DNA of 64,000 bases, from NCBI GenBank assembly GCA_964016885.1, contig OZ024744.1, positions 186,001 to 250,000 of the forward strand. The letters are read 5' to 3'. The position numbers and the translations under genes were made by a program. Below, piece after piece: positions 39,640-53,300 of the stretch. Below the pieces are notes generated by a model. That model saw only the letters and a list, made by a program, of their open reading frames with translations, searched no databases and had not been told where the DNA came from. The DNA comes from Eledone cirrhosa. Its lineage: Eukaryota. Each line of letters opens with the position of its first letter. Position 1 is the first letter of the stretch.

Positions 39640-42556
39640 CCCACAAATGCATATGTTTGCCTATTCAGACCACAAATTAGTCATCTTCATAGTCAACCGT
39701 GATAGAATACATAGACAAGGACCAGGATACTGGAAGTTGAACGTGTCGCTACGGACACGTAAAACCTACAGTGAACTGATAAGTAGATTAATTAAGCAAC
39801 AATTGACGGGAGCCATCGTCAACAGTTGATGGTGGTACACCCTCAAGAAAGCAATTAGAGTAGAGTCGATAGACTTTAGCAGAGAGTTAGCCTTAGAAAG
39901 AAACAAAACAGAAACGGAACTAGTAGCCAAGGTAGAGGAGGCGCTTAGGAGTGGCAATGTAGCTAGAGTGCTAGCAACGAAAACAGCACTGGACCAGTTC
40001 TTCGACGCGAAACATGAAGGCTGCGTGGTCAGAAGTAAATCACGTGCTCTAGGAAACGAAGGAGCAAAAGCTGTTAGCTGGGTCCGAGTGGCAGAGGCAA
40101 AAGGTGGCGACAATCCACAATTCGGTCTTTGAAAGACCAAAACGGACGTGTGCTACTTGACCCCAAGCGGATGTGTGCGACTTTTCAGCGGCACATTGCG
40201 CAACTGTTCGAGCAGAGTGGTGGTGCGTCGAACGGGGCAATGGACATCGGTTCATACCTCGACGGCCTGTCGTGTCTCTCGAGCATGGACGCCGAGTTCT
40301 GCGAAAGACGGATCACAGCCACTGAGATACGAGACGCTCTGGGCCGCTGTGGGAAACGCAAATCACCCGGTCTAGATGGTCTACCCTATGAGTTTTATAT
40401 AGGCATGCCGGACTTGTTCTCTGGTGTCCTCGAGGCCGTCTACTGCAACTGGCAGCACAACGGGGGAATTCCAGTTCTGCAGGCAGGGGCGTAGTAACGC
40501 TGATCAGGAAAGACGAGAACAAGGGGACGAACTAAGCAACTTTAGGCCCATAACTCTGCTCAACACAGAGTTAAAGATTTTGCCCAAGGTGTTGGCAACG
40601 AAGCTGGCACTTAAAGTCGAGAACCTGGTAGGGAAAGCGCAAACGTGTGCAATCCCAACCAGGTCCATTCACGACAACCTCCACCTCATGCGATACATCA
40701 TAGAGAGGGGGGGTGTAAACCCGGCTTCGGTGAGACTCTGATCAATTTAGATCAGTCTAAGGCGTTCGATAGGGTCGACCATCGATACTTGGAAGCGGTA
40801 CTCAAGGCGGCCGGTTTCGGGCCCGTCTTCAGAGGCTGGATCGCCGCAATGCACGCTGATCGGTGGTCAAGGTGAACGGCTACCTATCTGAGCCATTCGC
40901 AATCACGCGTTCCATCCTATAGGGATGCCTTCTCTCCTCCATTCTGTACGTACTGACTCTAGAATCACTACTGCGGAAGTTGGAGCTGCTGCAGGGCATC
41001 CCCTTGGAACTAGGACTGCGGAAAGCGGCGTCGGCTTGTGCCGACTACGTGACAGTAATGATGTCGGAAACCTCTGAAATCGGGGTGATCGGCAACTTAC
41101 TGCAGGAATACGAAAGGTTCACAGGAGCAAAACTGAATCCGGACAAGTCTGTCGGTTTGCAACTCGGAACGTGGAGAAGCAAAACGATACCGTCCAACAG
41201 CATCGTCGGACGGAGCGGTGAGATTGCTCGGGGTTTGGTTCGGTCCGGACATCCAGGGGGATAAAAACTGGAACGAGTTCACGGCCAAGGAATTTGCGCT
41301 CACCCAGAATTGGGCAGAGTGCAAACTATCCTTGAAAGGTCGAGCGGAGGTGGCGAAAACTTTCATAGCGTCCGTCATCTACTACCGCTTGACCGTCGAA
41401 GAAGCAGACTCCACTGGTGAGGGAGATCCGTCTACTGTCAGCACCCTTCCAACGGAGGGCTGGGATGGCCGTGACTGATGATGCCCAAGCATGCGTTGAT
41501 GCTACGGCATCTATAGGTATTCCTCACCGACCCCCAACCGTTGTGGGCATCGTTTGTGAAACAGGCCTTCCCGCAACTTGTCTCGCTGACGGAGCTGCAG
41601 TCCTGGGTCAAGCGGAGACCGTAGAAGATGGGCGCCTGGCACATTGAATGAGATCAGCCGCGCACGGCAACCAGTGGAGACTCCACTTCGACATTCTATA
41701 GAGGGTTAGTACGTCACAATGGCGACGACGTGCACGGAGAGACTCTAAGCGTCGAAGACGACGAACTCACCAGTCTGTTTCGTAGGAGACATATAGACAA
41801 CTTCCAGAGGTCCCTGGCCTGGCAGTGCTTCCGAGGAGCTCTACAAGTTCGTGACAAGATCTACAGGCACGGACGCCCTGGCAGGGATCCTTCCAAGAGG
41901 ACGTGTCCAAGATGCGGGAAGGACATTGAAACAGTCTTGCACACAATTTTACACTGCCCGGGCGTAACCACCTCTGGAACTACGCAGAGAAACTGCTGTC
42001 ACGTATGGGTCAAATCCAGTTGACTGCCGAGTCCACAGTAAGGATCAAACTACCAACTTCTTTCAAAAACGAAAAAGAGAAGGTTTTCCTCTGTATAATT
42101 GCTATGGTGAAAGAGGTTATATGGTGGACGAGATTTAGATGACTGAGGGAAGATGCCTTTCTCTCCGGACAACAATTCATTACCTTCTTTAGGTACCACT
42201 TTAGAAGGAGAACCAGCGTGGAGAGAGGGGCGCTGCATCCCAGTAGCTTTACTGAAAGGTGGGTGAATGTGGCAAAAATGGCCCGAGTGATTGGGCCATC
42301 TCTGTATATAAACCTGTAGGTTGAAGAAGAGAGCAAAATGAAGAAAGGAGAACTTTAACAACACGCTCCTGAAGTTGAGGGTTGTTCAATCTACGAGGTA
42401 TTAAACAACCCATTTGTGGAGCCTCCCCCTTATTGGGGATTTCGAATGTTATATTTGTTTGTTTTATATTTTTACACGATTGTATGTAACATCCCCGGCA
42501 TATCTTTGTTTTGTCCCCTTTTCTTGTGCGCCCATGTGGCTAATGAAGAAATCTAT
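39640..42556 (+). mobile_element. 5'-truncated Tx1/L1-clade LINE ORF2, disrupted
   Basis: SDHKLV, GPGYWKLN, KSPGLDGLPYEFY, NFRPITLLNTELKIL, LDQSKAFDRVDH, ADYVT, CPRC...ETVLHTILHCP. The 3' end runs into (ATCT)n/(TA)n. Confidence 0.92.
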
Positions 42557-42566
42557 CTATCTATCA

Positions 42567-42650
<84 letters not shown>

Positions 42651-43302
42651 GGGTTGGTGCGGACGTTTAAGCCCTGGTGGGTGTTTCTACTATTGTTTGC
42701 TCTGCGCATTTTAGCCCCATGTGCTAACCCACCTCCTGCTGGACGGCACTGGGTTACCCTATGCTTGCCGGTAGGTGTTGGTAAGATACCGTCACCATTA
42801 TTAAGCCTGTATGCGGGGAATTTCTCTAGTAGGTTGCTTTTAACTCTATTGCCCGAACCAAGTTGGTACGGGTGTGGGGGCCCCCTTGGCCTACCGGCCT
42901 TGTTGTTATGATGCTGGCCAAAGCTAGCCGCATTACTAGTTCGACCTGTATGTTTCTCTTTAACAATCCCACTGCCACGGTGGTTATTGGTGCGGCACGC
43001 TATTACACTGGTCCTATGGGAAGGGGGCATAGTAGAGCCTGCGTCATAGATATACGAATTACTGCTGCTATAACCTCATTCAGCCAGTGCTTTGTTGTAG
43101 TAGTTGGCAGTTTGGTCAAAGTGGTCCTTGTTGGCCGACAGCCTCGAGATTCTATGTGAGATGCTACTCACTATAGTGTTAAGTGTAGATTTGGGGTGAT
43201 TAGATCCTTTGTTGCTGTAAGACAGGAGCACATCTGGCTTGTGGTATGGTCTGTATAAGCCAGTATCTTACTCTAACGTTACATCCAGGAAGTTATCTAT
43301 TT
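42651..43302 (-). mobile_element. Penelope-like RT thumb/linker remnant
   Basis: Manual translation: NFLDVTLE*DTGLYRPYHKPD...SNHPKSTLNTIVSSISHRISRLS...FDQTANYYNKALAE*GY, ending near RN...LNVRTN. Confidence 0.85.
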
Positions 43303-46300
43303 TAGGAATGAAATAACGAGAACACAATCTAGTGATGGCGGGATGAGATGAGAAAGTAGTTTACAAGAAGCAACAGTCAAAACATTCCGAAAAAACTCAA
43401 CGAATATATGGAGTTCAGCATAAGCAATATTATCGCATTTTTTTTTTTTAAACTGGTGTTAGTCCCAAATATTAGTAGCACTCAAGGAAAACACCAAGTA
43501 TATTTATATAAATGAAAATAAAATTAATGTAAGCAAAATGCGAACAATATTTCAGGTATATAAATGACTATACCATCAAAATAAAAAAATATTTAATGCA
43601 AGATGAGGGAAAAAAAAGTAATCTTAATTCAAAACGAATCAAGTAGAAAAATTTTGTTATGAAACTTTATGGGTGTTGGGGAAAAAGCAATACAATATTC
43701 ATTAAAATTAAAATAAAAATGAAATACTTAACCGTCAATTTGAGGAAAACTACAAATGCACTATATATTATTAAAAGACCTTGTCAAGAAACTTTTCAGT
43801 GGTGTTAGTCATGGTTGGAACCGATCTTCAGTAGTGCGCAACACATTAACTAAATCATCACTACTAAAATATCGAGGGGAAAAAATAATCCACTGGGATT
43901 TAAAAGCAGGCAAGCGAAGAGCGTGTAGAAATGAAATAACCAATCACACGTAGAAGACAAACTAGTGATGGTAGGGTGAGATGAGAATGCGGTTTACAAG
44001 AAGCAACAGTCAAAACATTCCGAAAAAACTCTACAAGAATATGCTGTTCAATATAAGCAATATTATCGGAGTGTTTTCTTTTTTTATACTGGGATTAGTC
44101 ACAAATATTAGTAACACTCAAGGAAAATACCGAGTATATATATATAAATGAAAATAAAATTAATGTAAGCAAAATGCGAACAATATTTCAGATATATAAA
44201 TGACTATACTATCAAAATAAAAAAATATTTAATGCAAGATGAGGGAAAAAAAAGTAATACAATCTTAATTCAAAACGAATCAAGTAGAAAAATGTTGTCA
44301 TCAAATTTTATGTAAGTAGGGGAAAAATCAATACAATCTTAATTCAAAATAAAATAAAGAAGGAATACTTAACCGTCAATTTGGGGAAAACTACAAATGA
44401 ACTATATAGACTTAAAAGATCATGTCACGAAACTTTACAGTGCGGTTATTTACGGTTAGAACCGATCTTGAGTAGTGCTCAACACATTAACTAAATCACC
44501 ACTACTAAAATACCGAGGGCAAACAATAATCCACTGGGATTTAAAAGCAGGCATGCGAATAGCGTGTAGAAATGAAATAACAAAACACACGTGAACACAA
44601 ACTAGTGATGGCTGGATGAGATGCGAAAGCAGTGTACACGAAACAACAGTGACAACATTCCCAAAACACTCAACAAAAATATGGAGTTCAGCATAAGCTA
44701 TATTATCGCAATCTATTTTTAAAAAACTGGGATTAGTCCCAAATATTAGTAGCACTCAAGGAAAACACCGAGTATATATATATATAAATGAAAATAAAAT
44801 TAATATAAGCAAAATGCGAATAATATTTCAGGTATATAAGTGACTATATCATCAAAATAAAAAAAATGATAATGTAAGACGAAGGAAAAAATATTAATGC
44901 AACCTTACTTCAAAACAGATCAAGAAGAAAAACTTTGTCATCAAACTTTATGTAAGTTGGGGTAAAGGCAGTACAAACTTAATTCAAAATAAAATCAAGA
45001 AGTAATACTTAACCGTCAATTTGGGGAAAACAACATATGCACAATATAGTCTCAAAAGACCATCTCATGAAACTATTCAGTGGGGTTAGTAACGGTTGGA
45101 CTCGATCTTCAGTAGTGCTCCACACATTAACTAAATCACCACTACTAAAATACCGAGGGGAAAAAATGATCCACTGGGAGTTAAAAGTAGGCAAGCGAAC
45201 AGCGTGTAGAAATGAAATAACAAACCACACGTGAACACAAGCTAGTATTGGCGGGACCAGATGAGAAAGCGCTTTACAAGAAACAACAGTGAAAACATTC
45301 CGAAAAAACTCAACAGAAATATGGAGATCAGCATAAGCAATATGATCGCATTCTTTTTTTTTTTAAACTGGGATTAGTCACAAATATTAGTAGCACTTAA
45401 TGAGTACACAGAGTATAAATATATAAATGAAAATAAAATTCATGTAAGCAAAATGCCAACAATAATTCAGGTATATAAGTGACTAAACCATCAAGATGAA
45501 AAATAATTTAATGTAAGATGAGGGGAAAAAAAGTAATACCATCTTAATTTAAAACAAATTAAGAAGAAAAACTTTGTCATCAAACTTTATGTAAGTTGAG
45601 GAAAAAGCAATACAATCTTAATTCAATATAAAATCCAGAAGTAATATTTAACCTTCAATTTGGGGAAACTACAAATGCACTATATAGTCTCAAAAGATCA
45701 TGTAACAAAACTTTTCAGTGTAGTTTGTCACGGTGGGAACCGATCTTCAGTACTGATCCACACATTAACTAAAACACCACTACTGAAATACCGAGGGGAA
45801 AAATAAATCAACTGGGATTTAAAAGCAGACAAGCGAACAGGGTGTAGAAATGAAATAACAAAACACACGTGAAGACAAACAAGTGATGGCGGGATGAGAT
45901 GAGAAATCGGTATACAAGAAATAACAGTGAAAATATTCCGAAAAGACTCAATAAAAATATGGAGCTCAGCATAAGAAATATTATCGCATTCTTTTTTTTT
46001 TAAAACTGGATTAGTCACAAATATTAGTAGCACTCAAGGAAAACACCGAGTATAAATATATAATTGAAAATAAAATTAATGTAAGCAAAATGTCAACGAT
46101 AATTCAGGTATATAAGTGAGTATAACATCAAGATGAAAAAATATTTAATGTGAGATGAGGAAAAAAGAGAAATACAATCTTAATTTAAAACAAATCAAGA
46201 AGAACAACTTTGTCATCAAACTTTATGTAAGTTTGGGTAAAAGCAACACCATCTTAATTCAAAATAAAATCAAGAAGTAATACTTAACCCTCAATTTGGG

Positions 46301-49300
46301 GAAAACTACAAATGCACGATATCGTCTCAAAAGACCATGTCACGAAACTTTTCAGTGGGTCTTGTCACGGTTGGAGTCGATCTTCAATAGAGCTCCTAAC
46401 ATTAACTAAAACACCACTAGTAAAATATCGAGGGGACAAAATAATCCATTGGGAGTTGAAAGCAAACATGCGAATACGGTGTAGAAATGAAATAAAGAAA
46501 CACACGTAAACACAAGCTCGTAAAGGCTGGATGAGATGAGAAAGCATTTTACAAGAAACAACAGTGAAAACATTCCGGAAAGACTCAACAAATATATGGA
46601 GTTCTGCATAAGCAATATTATCGCATTCTTTTTAAAAAACTCTGGGATTAGTCACAAATTTAGTAGCACTAATGCCAACAATAATGCCAACAATAGTACA
46701 GGTATATAAGTGACTAGACCACCGAGACCAACAATTATTTGATGTAAGATGAGGGAAAAAAAGAAAAAAATCTTAATTTAAAACAAATCAAGAAGAAAAA
46801 CTTTGTCATCAAACTGTATGTAAGTTTGGGTAAAAGCAATACAATCTTAATTCAAAATAAAATCATGAAGTAATACTTAACCCTCAACTTGGGGAAAACT
46901 ACATATGCATTATATAGTCATAAAATACAATGTAAGGAAACTATTCAGTGGAGTTAGTCACGGTTGGAACCGATCTTCAGTAGTGCTCCGCACATTAACT
47001 AAATCACCACTACTAAAATACCGAGGGGAAAATGTAATCCACTGGAAGTTAAAATCACGCATGCGAATAGGGTGTAGAAATGAAATAACAAAACACACGT
47101 GAACACAAGCTAGTAATGGCTGGATAAGATGAGAATGCAGTTTACAAGAAGCAACAGTCAAGATATTCAAAAAAAAAATCAACGTAAATATGGAGTTCAG
47201 CATAAGCAATATTATCGCAGTCTTTAAAAAAAAATGGGGTTAGTCACAAATATAAGTAGAACTCAAGGAAAACAGGGAATATAAATATATAAATGAAAAT
47301 AAAATTAATGTTACCAAAATGACAACAATAATTCAGGTATATAAGTGACTAAACCATCTAGAACAGGGTGTAGAAATGAAATAACAAAACACACGTGAAC
47401 ACAAATTAGGGATGGCGGGATGAGATGAGAAATTGGTTTAAAGGAACAACAGTGATAACATTCTGAAAAAACTCAAAAAAATATGGAGTTCAGCATAAGC
47501 AACATTATCGCATTCTTTTTAAAAAAAAACTGGGATTATTCACAAATATTAGTAGAACTCGAGGGAAACACCGAGTATAAATATATAAATGGAAATAAAA
47601 TTAATGTAAGCAAAATGATAACAATAATTCAGGTATATAAGTGACTAAACGATCTAGACGAAAAATTATTTACTGTAAGATGAGGGAAAAAAAAGGAATA
47701 CAATCTTAATTCAAAACAAATCAAGAAGAAAGACTTTGTCATACAACTAACTATATAAGTTGGGGTAAAAGCAATACAATCTTAATTCAAAATAAAATCA
47801 TGAAGTATACTTAACCGTCAATTTGGGGAAACTACATATGCACTATATAGTCTTAAAAAACCATATCACGAACCTATTCAGTTGGGTTAGTTTCGGTTGG
47901 ATTCGATCTTCAGTAGTGCTCAATACATTAACAAAATCACCACTACTAAAATACCGAGGGGAAATCTATAATCCACTGGAATTTAAAAGCAGGCTAGCGA
48001 AGACTGTGTAGAAACGAAATAACAAATCACACGTGAACACAAACTAGTGATGGAGGGATGAGATGAGAAATCGGTTTAAAAGAAACAACAGTCAAAACAT
48101 TCCGAAAAATCTCATATAAAATTATGGAGTTCAGCATAAGCAATATTTTCGCAGTCTTTTTTGAAAAAGAAATGGGAATATTTGTAGCACTCAAGGAAAA
48201 TACCGAATATAAATATATAAATGCAAATAAAATTAATGTAAGTAAAATGCCAACAATAATTCAGGTATATAACTGACTAAATCATCAAGACGAAAAATTA
48301 TTTAATGTAAGATGAGAGAAAAAAAGTAATACAAATCTTAATTTAAAACAAATCAAGAAGAACAACTTTGTCATCAAACTTTATGTAAGTTTGGCTAAAA
48401 GCAATACAATCTTAATTCAAAATAAAATCATGAAGTAATACTTAACCGTCAATTTGGGGAAAACTACAAATGCACTATATAGTTTCAAAATGCCATGTCA
48501 AGAAACTTTTCAGTGGGGTTAATCACGGTTGGAGTCGATCTTCAGTAGTGTTCAACGCATTACCTAAATTTCTACTACTAAAATACCGAGGGGACAAAAT
48601 AATCCACTGGGAGTTAAAAGCAGACAAGCGAACAGGGTATAGAAATGAAATAACAAAACACGCGTGAAGAATAACTAGTGATGGCTGGATGAGATGAGAA
48701 AGCAGTTTACAAGAAACAACAGTCAATACATTCCGTAAAATCTCAACAAAAATATGGAGTTAAGCATAAGCAATATTATCGTACTCTTTTGAAAAAAAAA
48801 TGGGATTAGTCACAAATATTAGTAACACGCAAGGAAAGCACCGTGTATAAATATATAAATGAAAATAAAATTAATGTGAGCAAAATGACAACGATAATCC
48901 AGTTATAAAACTGAATATAACATCAAGATGAACATATATTTAATGTAAGATGAGGGGTAAAAAGTAATACAATCTTAATTTAAAACAAATCAAGAAGAAA
49001 CACTTTGTCATCAAACTTTATGTAAGTTGGGGTAAAAGCAATACAATCTTAATTCAAAATAAAATAAAAAGTATTACTTAACCGTCAATTTGGGGAAAAC
49101 TACATATGCACAATATAGTCTCAAAAGACCATGTAACGAAACTTTTCATTGGGGTTAATCACGGTTTTCATCGATCTTCAGTAGTGCTCAACACATTAAC
49201 TAAATCGCCACTACTAAAATACCGAGGGGAAAAAATAATCCCCTGGGAGTTAAAAGCAGGCTAACGAACAGCGTGTAGAAATGAAATATCAAAACACACC

Positions 49301-52300
49301 TGAACACTAACTACTGTTGGCGGGATTATATGAGAAAACAGTTTACAAGAAACAACAGTCAAAACATTTCGAAAAAATCAACAAAAATATGGAGTTCAGC
49401 ATAAGCAATATTATCGCAGTTTTTAAAAAAACAGGGATTAGTAAAAATTATTAGTATCACTTAAGTAAATCATCGATTATAAATATATAAATGAAAATCT
49501 AATTAATGTAACCAAAATGCCAACGATAATTCAGGTATATAAGTGACTATACCATCAAGATGAGAAAATATTTAATGTATGAGGGAAGAAAAAGTAATAC
49601 AATCTTAATTCAAAACAAATCAAGAAGAAAAACTTTGTCATCAAACTTTATGTAAGTTGGGGTAAAAGCAAAACAATCTCAATTCAAAATAAAATAAAAA
49701 GTAATACTTAACCGTCAATTTGGGGAAAACTACATATGCACAATATAGTCTCAAAAGACCATGTAACGAAACTTTTCATTGGGGTTAGTCACGGTTTGAG
49801 TCGATCTTCAGTAGTGCTCAATACATTAACTAAATCAGCACTACTAAAATACCGAGGGGGAAAAATAATCCCCTGGGAGTTAAAAGCAGGCAAACGAACA
49901 GCGTGTAGAAATGAAATATCAAAACACACCTGAAAAGAAACTACTGTTGGCGGGATTATATGAGAAAGCAGTTTACAAGAAACAACAATCAAAACATTCC
50001 GAAAAAATCAACAAAAATATGGAGTTCAGCATAAGCAATATTATCGCAGTTTTTAAAAAAACAGGGATTAGTAAAAATTATTAGTATCACTTAAGTAAAA
50101 CACCGATTATAAATATATAAATGAAAATCTAATTAATGTAACCAAAATGCCAACGATAATTCAGGTATATAAGTGACTATACCATCAAGATGAGAAAATA
50201 TTTAATGTATGAGGGAAGAAAAAGTAATACAATCTTAATTCAAAACAAATCAAGAAGAAAAACTTTGTCATCAAACTTTATGTAAGTTGGGGTAAAAGCA
50301 ATACAATCTCAATTCAAAATAAAATAAAAAGTAATACTTAACCGTCAATATGGGGAAAACTACATATGCACAATATAGTCTCAAAAGACCATGTAACGAA
50401 ACTTTTCATTGGGGTTAGTCACGATTTGAGTCGATCTTCAGTAGTGCTCAATACATTAACTAAATCAGCACTACTAAAATACCGAGGGGGAAAAATAATC
50501 CCCTGGGAGTTAAAAGCAGGCAAACGAACAGCGTGTAGAAATGAAATATCAAAACACACCTGAAAAGAAACTACTGTTGGCGGGATTATATGAGAAAGCA
50601 GTTTACAAGAAACAACAATCAAAACATTCCGAAAAAATCAACAAAAATATGGAGTTCAGCATAAGCAATATTATCGCAGTCTTTAAAAAAAAACAGGGAT
50701 TAGTAAAAATTATTAGTAGCACTTAAGTAAAACACCGATAATAAATATATAAATGAAAATAAAATTAATGTAAGCAAAATGATAACAATAATTCAGGTAT
50801 ATAAGTGACTAAACGATCTAGACGAAAAATTATTTACTGTAACATGAGGGAAAAAAAAGGAATACAATCTTAATTCAAAACAAATCAAGAAGAAAGACTT
50901 TGTCATACAACTAACTATATAAGTTGGGGTAAAAGCAATACAATCTTAATTCAAAATAAAATCATGAATTATACTTAACCGTCAATTTGGGGAAACTTCA
51001 TATGCACTATATAGTCTTAAAAAACCATATCACGAACCTATTCAGTGGGGTTAGTTTCGGTTGGAGTCGATCTTCAGTAGTGCTCATTACATTAACAAAA
51101 TCACCACTACTAAAATACCGAGGGGAAATCTATAATCCACTGGAATTTAAAAGCAGGCTAGCGAAGACTGTGTAGAAACGAAATAACAAATCACACGTGA
51201 ACACAAACTAGTGATGGAGGGATGAGATGAGAAATCGGTTTAAAAGAAACAACAGTCAAAACATTCCGAAAATTCTCATATAAAAATATGGAGTTCAGCA
51301 TAAGCAATATTTTCGCAGTCTTTTTTGAAAAAGAAATGGGAATATTTGTAGCACTCAAGGAAAATACCGAATATAAATATATAAATGCAAATAAAATTAA
51401 TGTAAGTAAAATGCCAACAATATTTCCGGTATATAAGTGACTAAACCATCAAGAGGAAAAATTATTTAATGTAAGATGAGGGAAAAAAATGAATACAATC
51501 TTAATTAAAAACAAACCAAGAAGTAAAACTTTGTCATCAAACTTTATGTAAGTTGGGGAAAAAGCAATACAATCTTAATTCAAAATAAAATCAAGAAGTA
51601 ATTCTTAACCTTCAATTTGGGGAAACTACAAATGCACTATATAGTCTCAAAAGACCATGTCACGAAACTTTTCAGTGTGGTTTGTCACGGTGGAAACCGA
51701 TCTTCAGTACTGCTCCACACATTAACTAAAACACCACCACTGAAATACCGAGGGGAAAAATAAATCAACTGGGATTTAAAAGCAGGCAAGCGAACAGTGT
51801 GTAGAAATGAAATAACAAAACACACGTGAACACAAATTAGTGATGGCGGGATGAGATGAGAAATTGGTTTAAAGGAACAACAGTGATAACATTCCGAAAA
51901 AACTCAAAAAAATATGGAGTTCAGCATAAGCAATATTATCGCATTCTTTTTTAAAAAAAACTGGGATTAGTCACAAATATTAGTAGAAGTCAAGGGAAAC
52001 ACCGAGTATAAATATATAAATGGAAATAAAATTAATGTAAGCAAAATGCCAACAATAATTCAGGTATATAACTGACTAAATCATCAAGACGAACAATTAT
52101 TTAATGTAAGATGAGAGAAAAAAAGTAATACAATCTTAATTTAAAACAAATCAAGAAGAAAAACTTTGTCATGAAAGTTTATGTAAGTTTGGGAAAAAGC
52201 AATGCAATCTTAATTCAAAATAAAATCAAGAAGTAATATCTAAGCGCCAATTTGGGAAAAACTACAAATGCACTATATTATGTTAAAAGACCATGTCACG

Positions 52301-53300
52301 AAACTTTTCAGAGGGGTTAGTCACTGTTGGAGTCGATCTTCTGTAGTGCTCACCACATTAACTAAATCACCACTACTAAAATACCGAGGGGAAAGAATAA
52401 TCCACTGGTGGTTAATAGCAGGCAAGCGGACAGCGTGTAGAAATGAAATAACCAAACACACGTTAACACAAACTAGTGATGGCGGGATGAGATGAGAAAG
52501 CAGTTTAAAAGAACAACAGTCAAAACATTCCGAAAAATCTCAACAAAAATATGGAGATCAGCATAAGCAATATTATAGCACCCTTTTGAAAAAAAAATGG
52601 GATTAGTCACAAATATTAGTACCACTCAAATAAAACACCGTGTATCAAATAAATGAAAAGAAAATATATGTAAGCAAAATGCCAACAATAAATCAGGTAT
52701 ATCAGTGACTATACCATCAAGATGAACAAATATTTAATGTAAGATGAACGGGAAAAAGTAATACAACCTCAATTCAAAGCAAATCAAGAAGAAAAACTTT
52801 GTCATTAAACTTTATGTAAGTTGGGGGAGAAGTAATACAATCTTTATTCAAAATAACATCAAGAAGTAACACTTAACAGTCAATTTGGGGAAAACTACAA
52901 ATGCACAATATAGTCTTAAAAGACCATGTCACGAAACTTTTCAGTGAGGTTAGTCACGGTTAGACTTCAGTAGTGCTCAACACATTAACTAAATCACCAC
53001 TACTAAAATACCGAGGGGAAAAAATAATCCACTGGGAGTTAAAAGCAGGCAAGCGAATAGCGTGAAGAAATGAAATAACAAAACACGCGTGAACACAAGC
53101 TAGTAATGGCGGGATGAGATGAGAAAGCACTTTACAATATACAATAGTCAAAACATTCCGAAAAACTCAACAAAAATATGGAGTTCAGCATAAGTAATAT
53201 TATCGCAGACTTTTCTTAAAAAAAGTGCGATTCATCACATATATTTCTAGTACTCAAGGAAAATACCGAGTATAAATACATATATGAAAATAAAATTATG
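43303..53300. repeat. Satellite of about 630-640 bp, 15 full copies plus partials
   Basis: Landmark acttaaccgtcaatttgggg at about 43726, 44367, 45007, 45647, 46282, 46875, 47809, 48440, 49077, 49706, 50336, 50973, 51603, 52238, 52871. Confidence 0.95.

Noticed and set aside
49770-49815. Minus-strand CTGAAGA...GAAA in satellite units (CTGATGA in the 12.5-kb relative) as a hammerhead or C/D snoRNA
   Set aside because: No stem II and no correctly placed UH. Box C is present in one copy only and too close to box D.
43756-52495. Recurrent 65-aa plus-strand ORF MHYIVSKDHVTKLFSG... as a peptide gene family
   Set aside because: Intact in only about half the copies, substitutions are largely non-synonymous, and third-position bias points to another frame.
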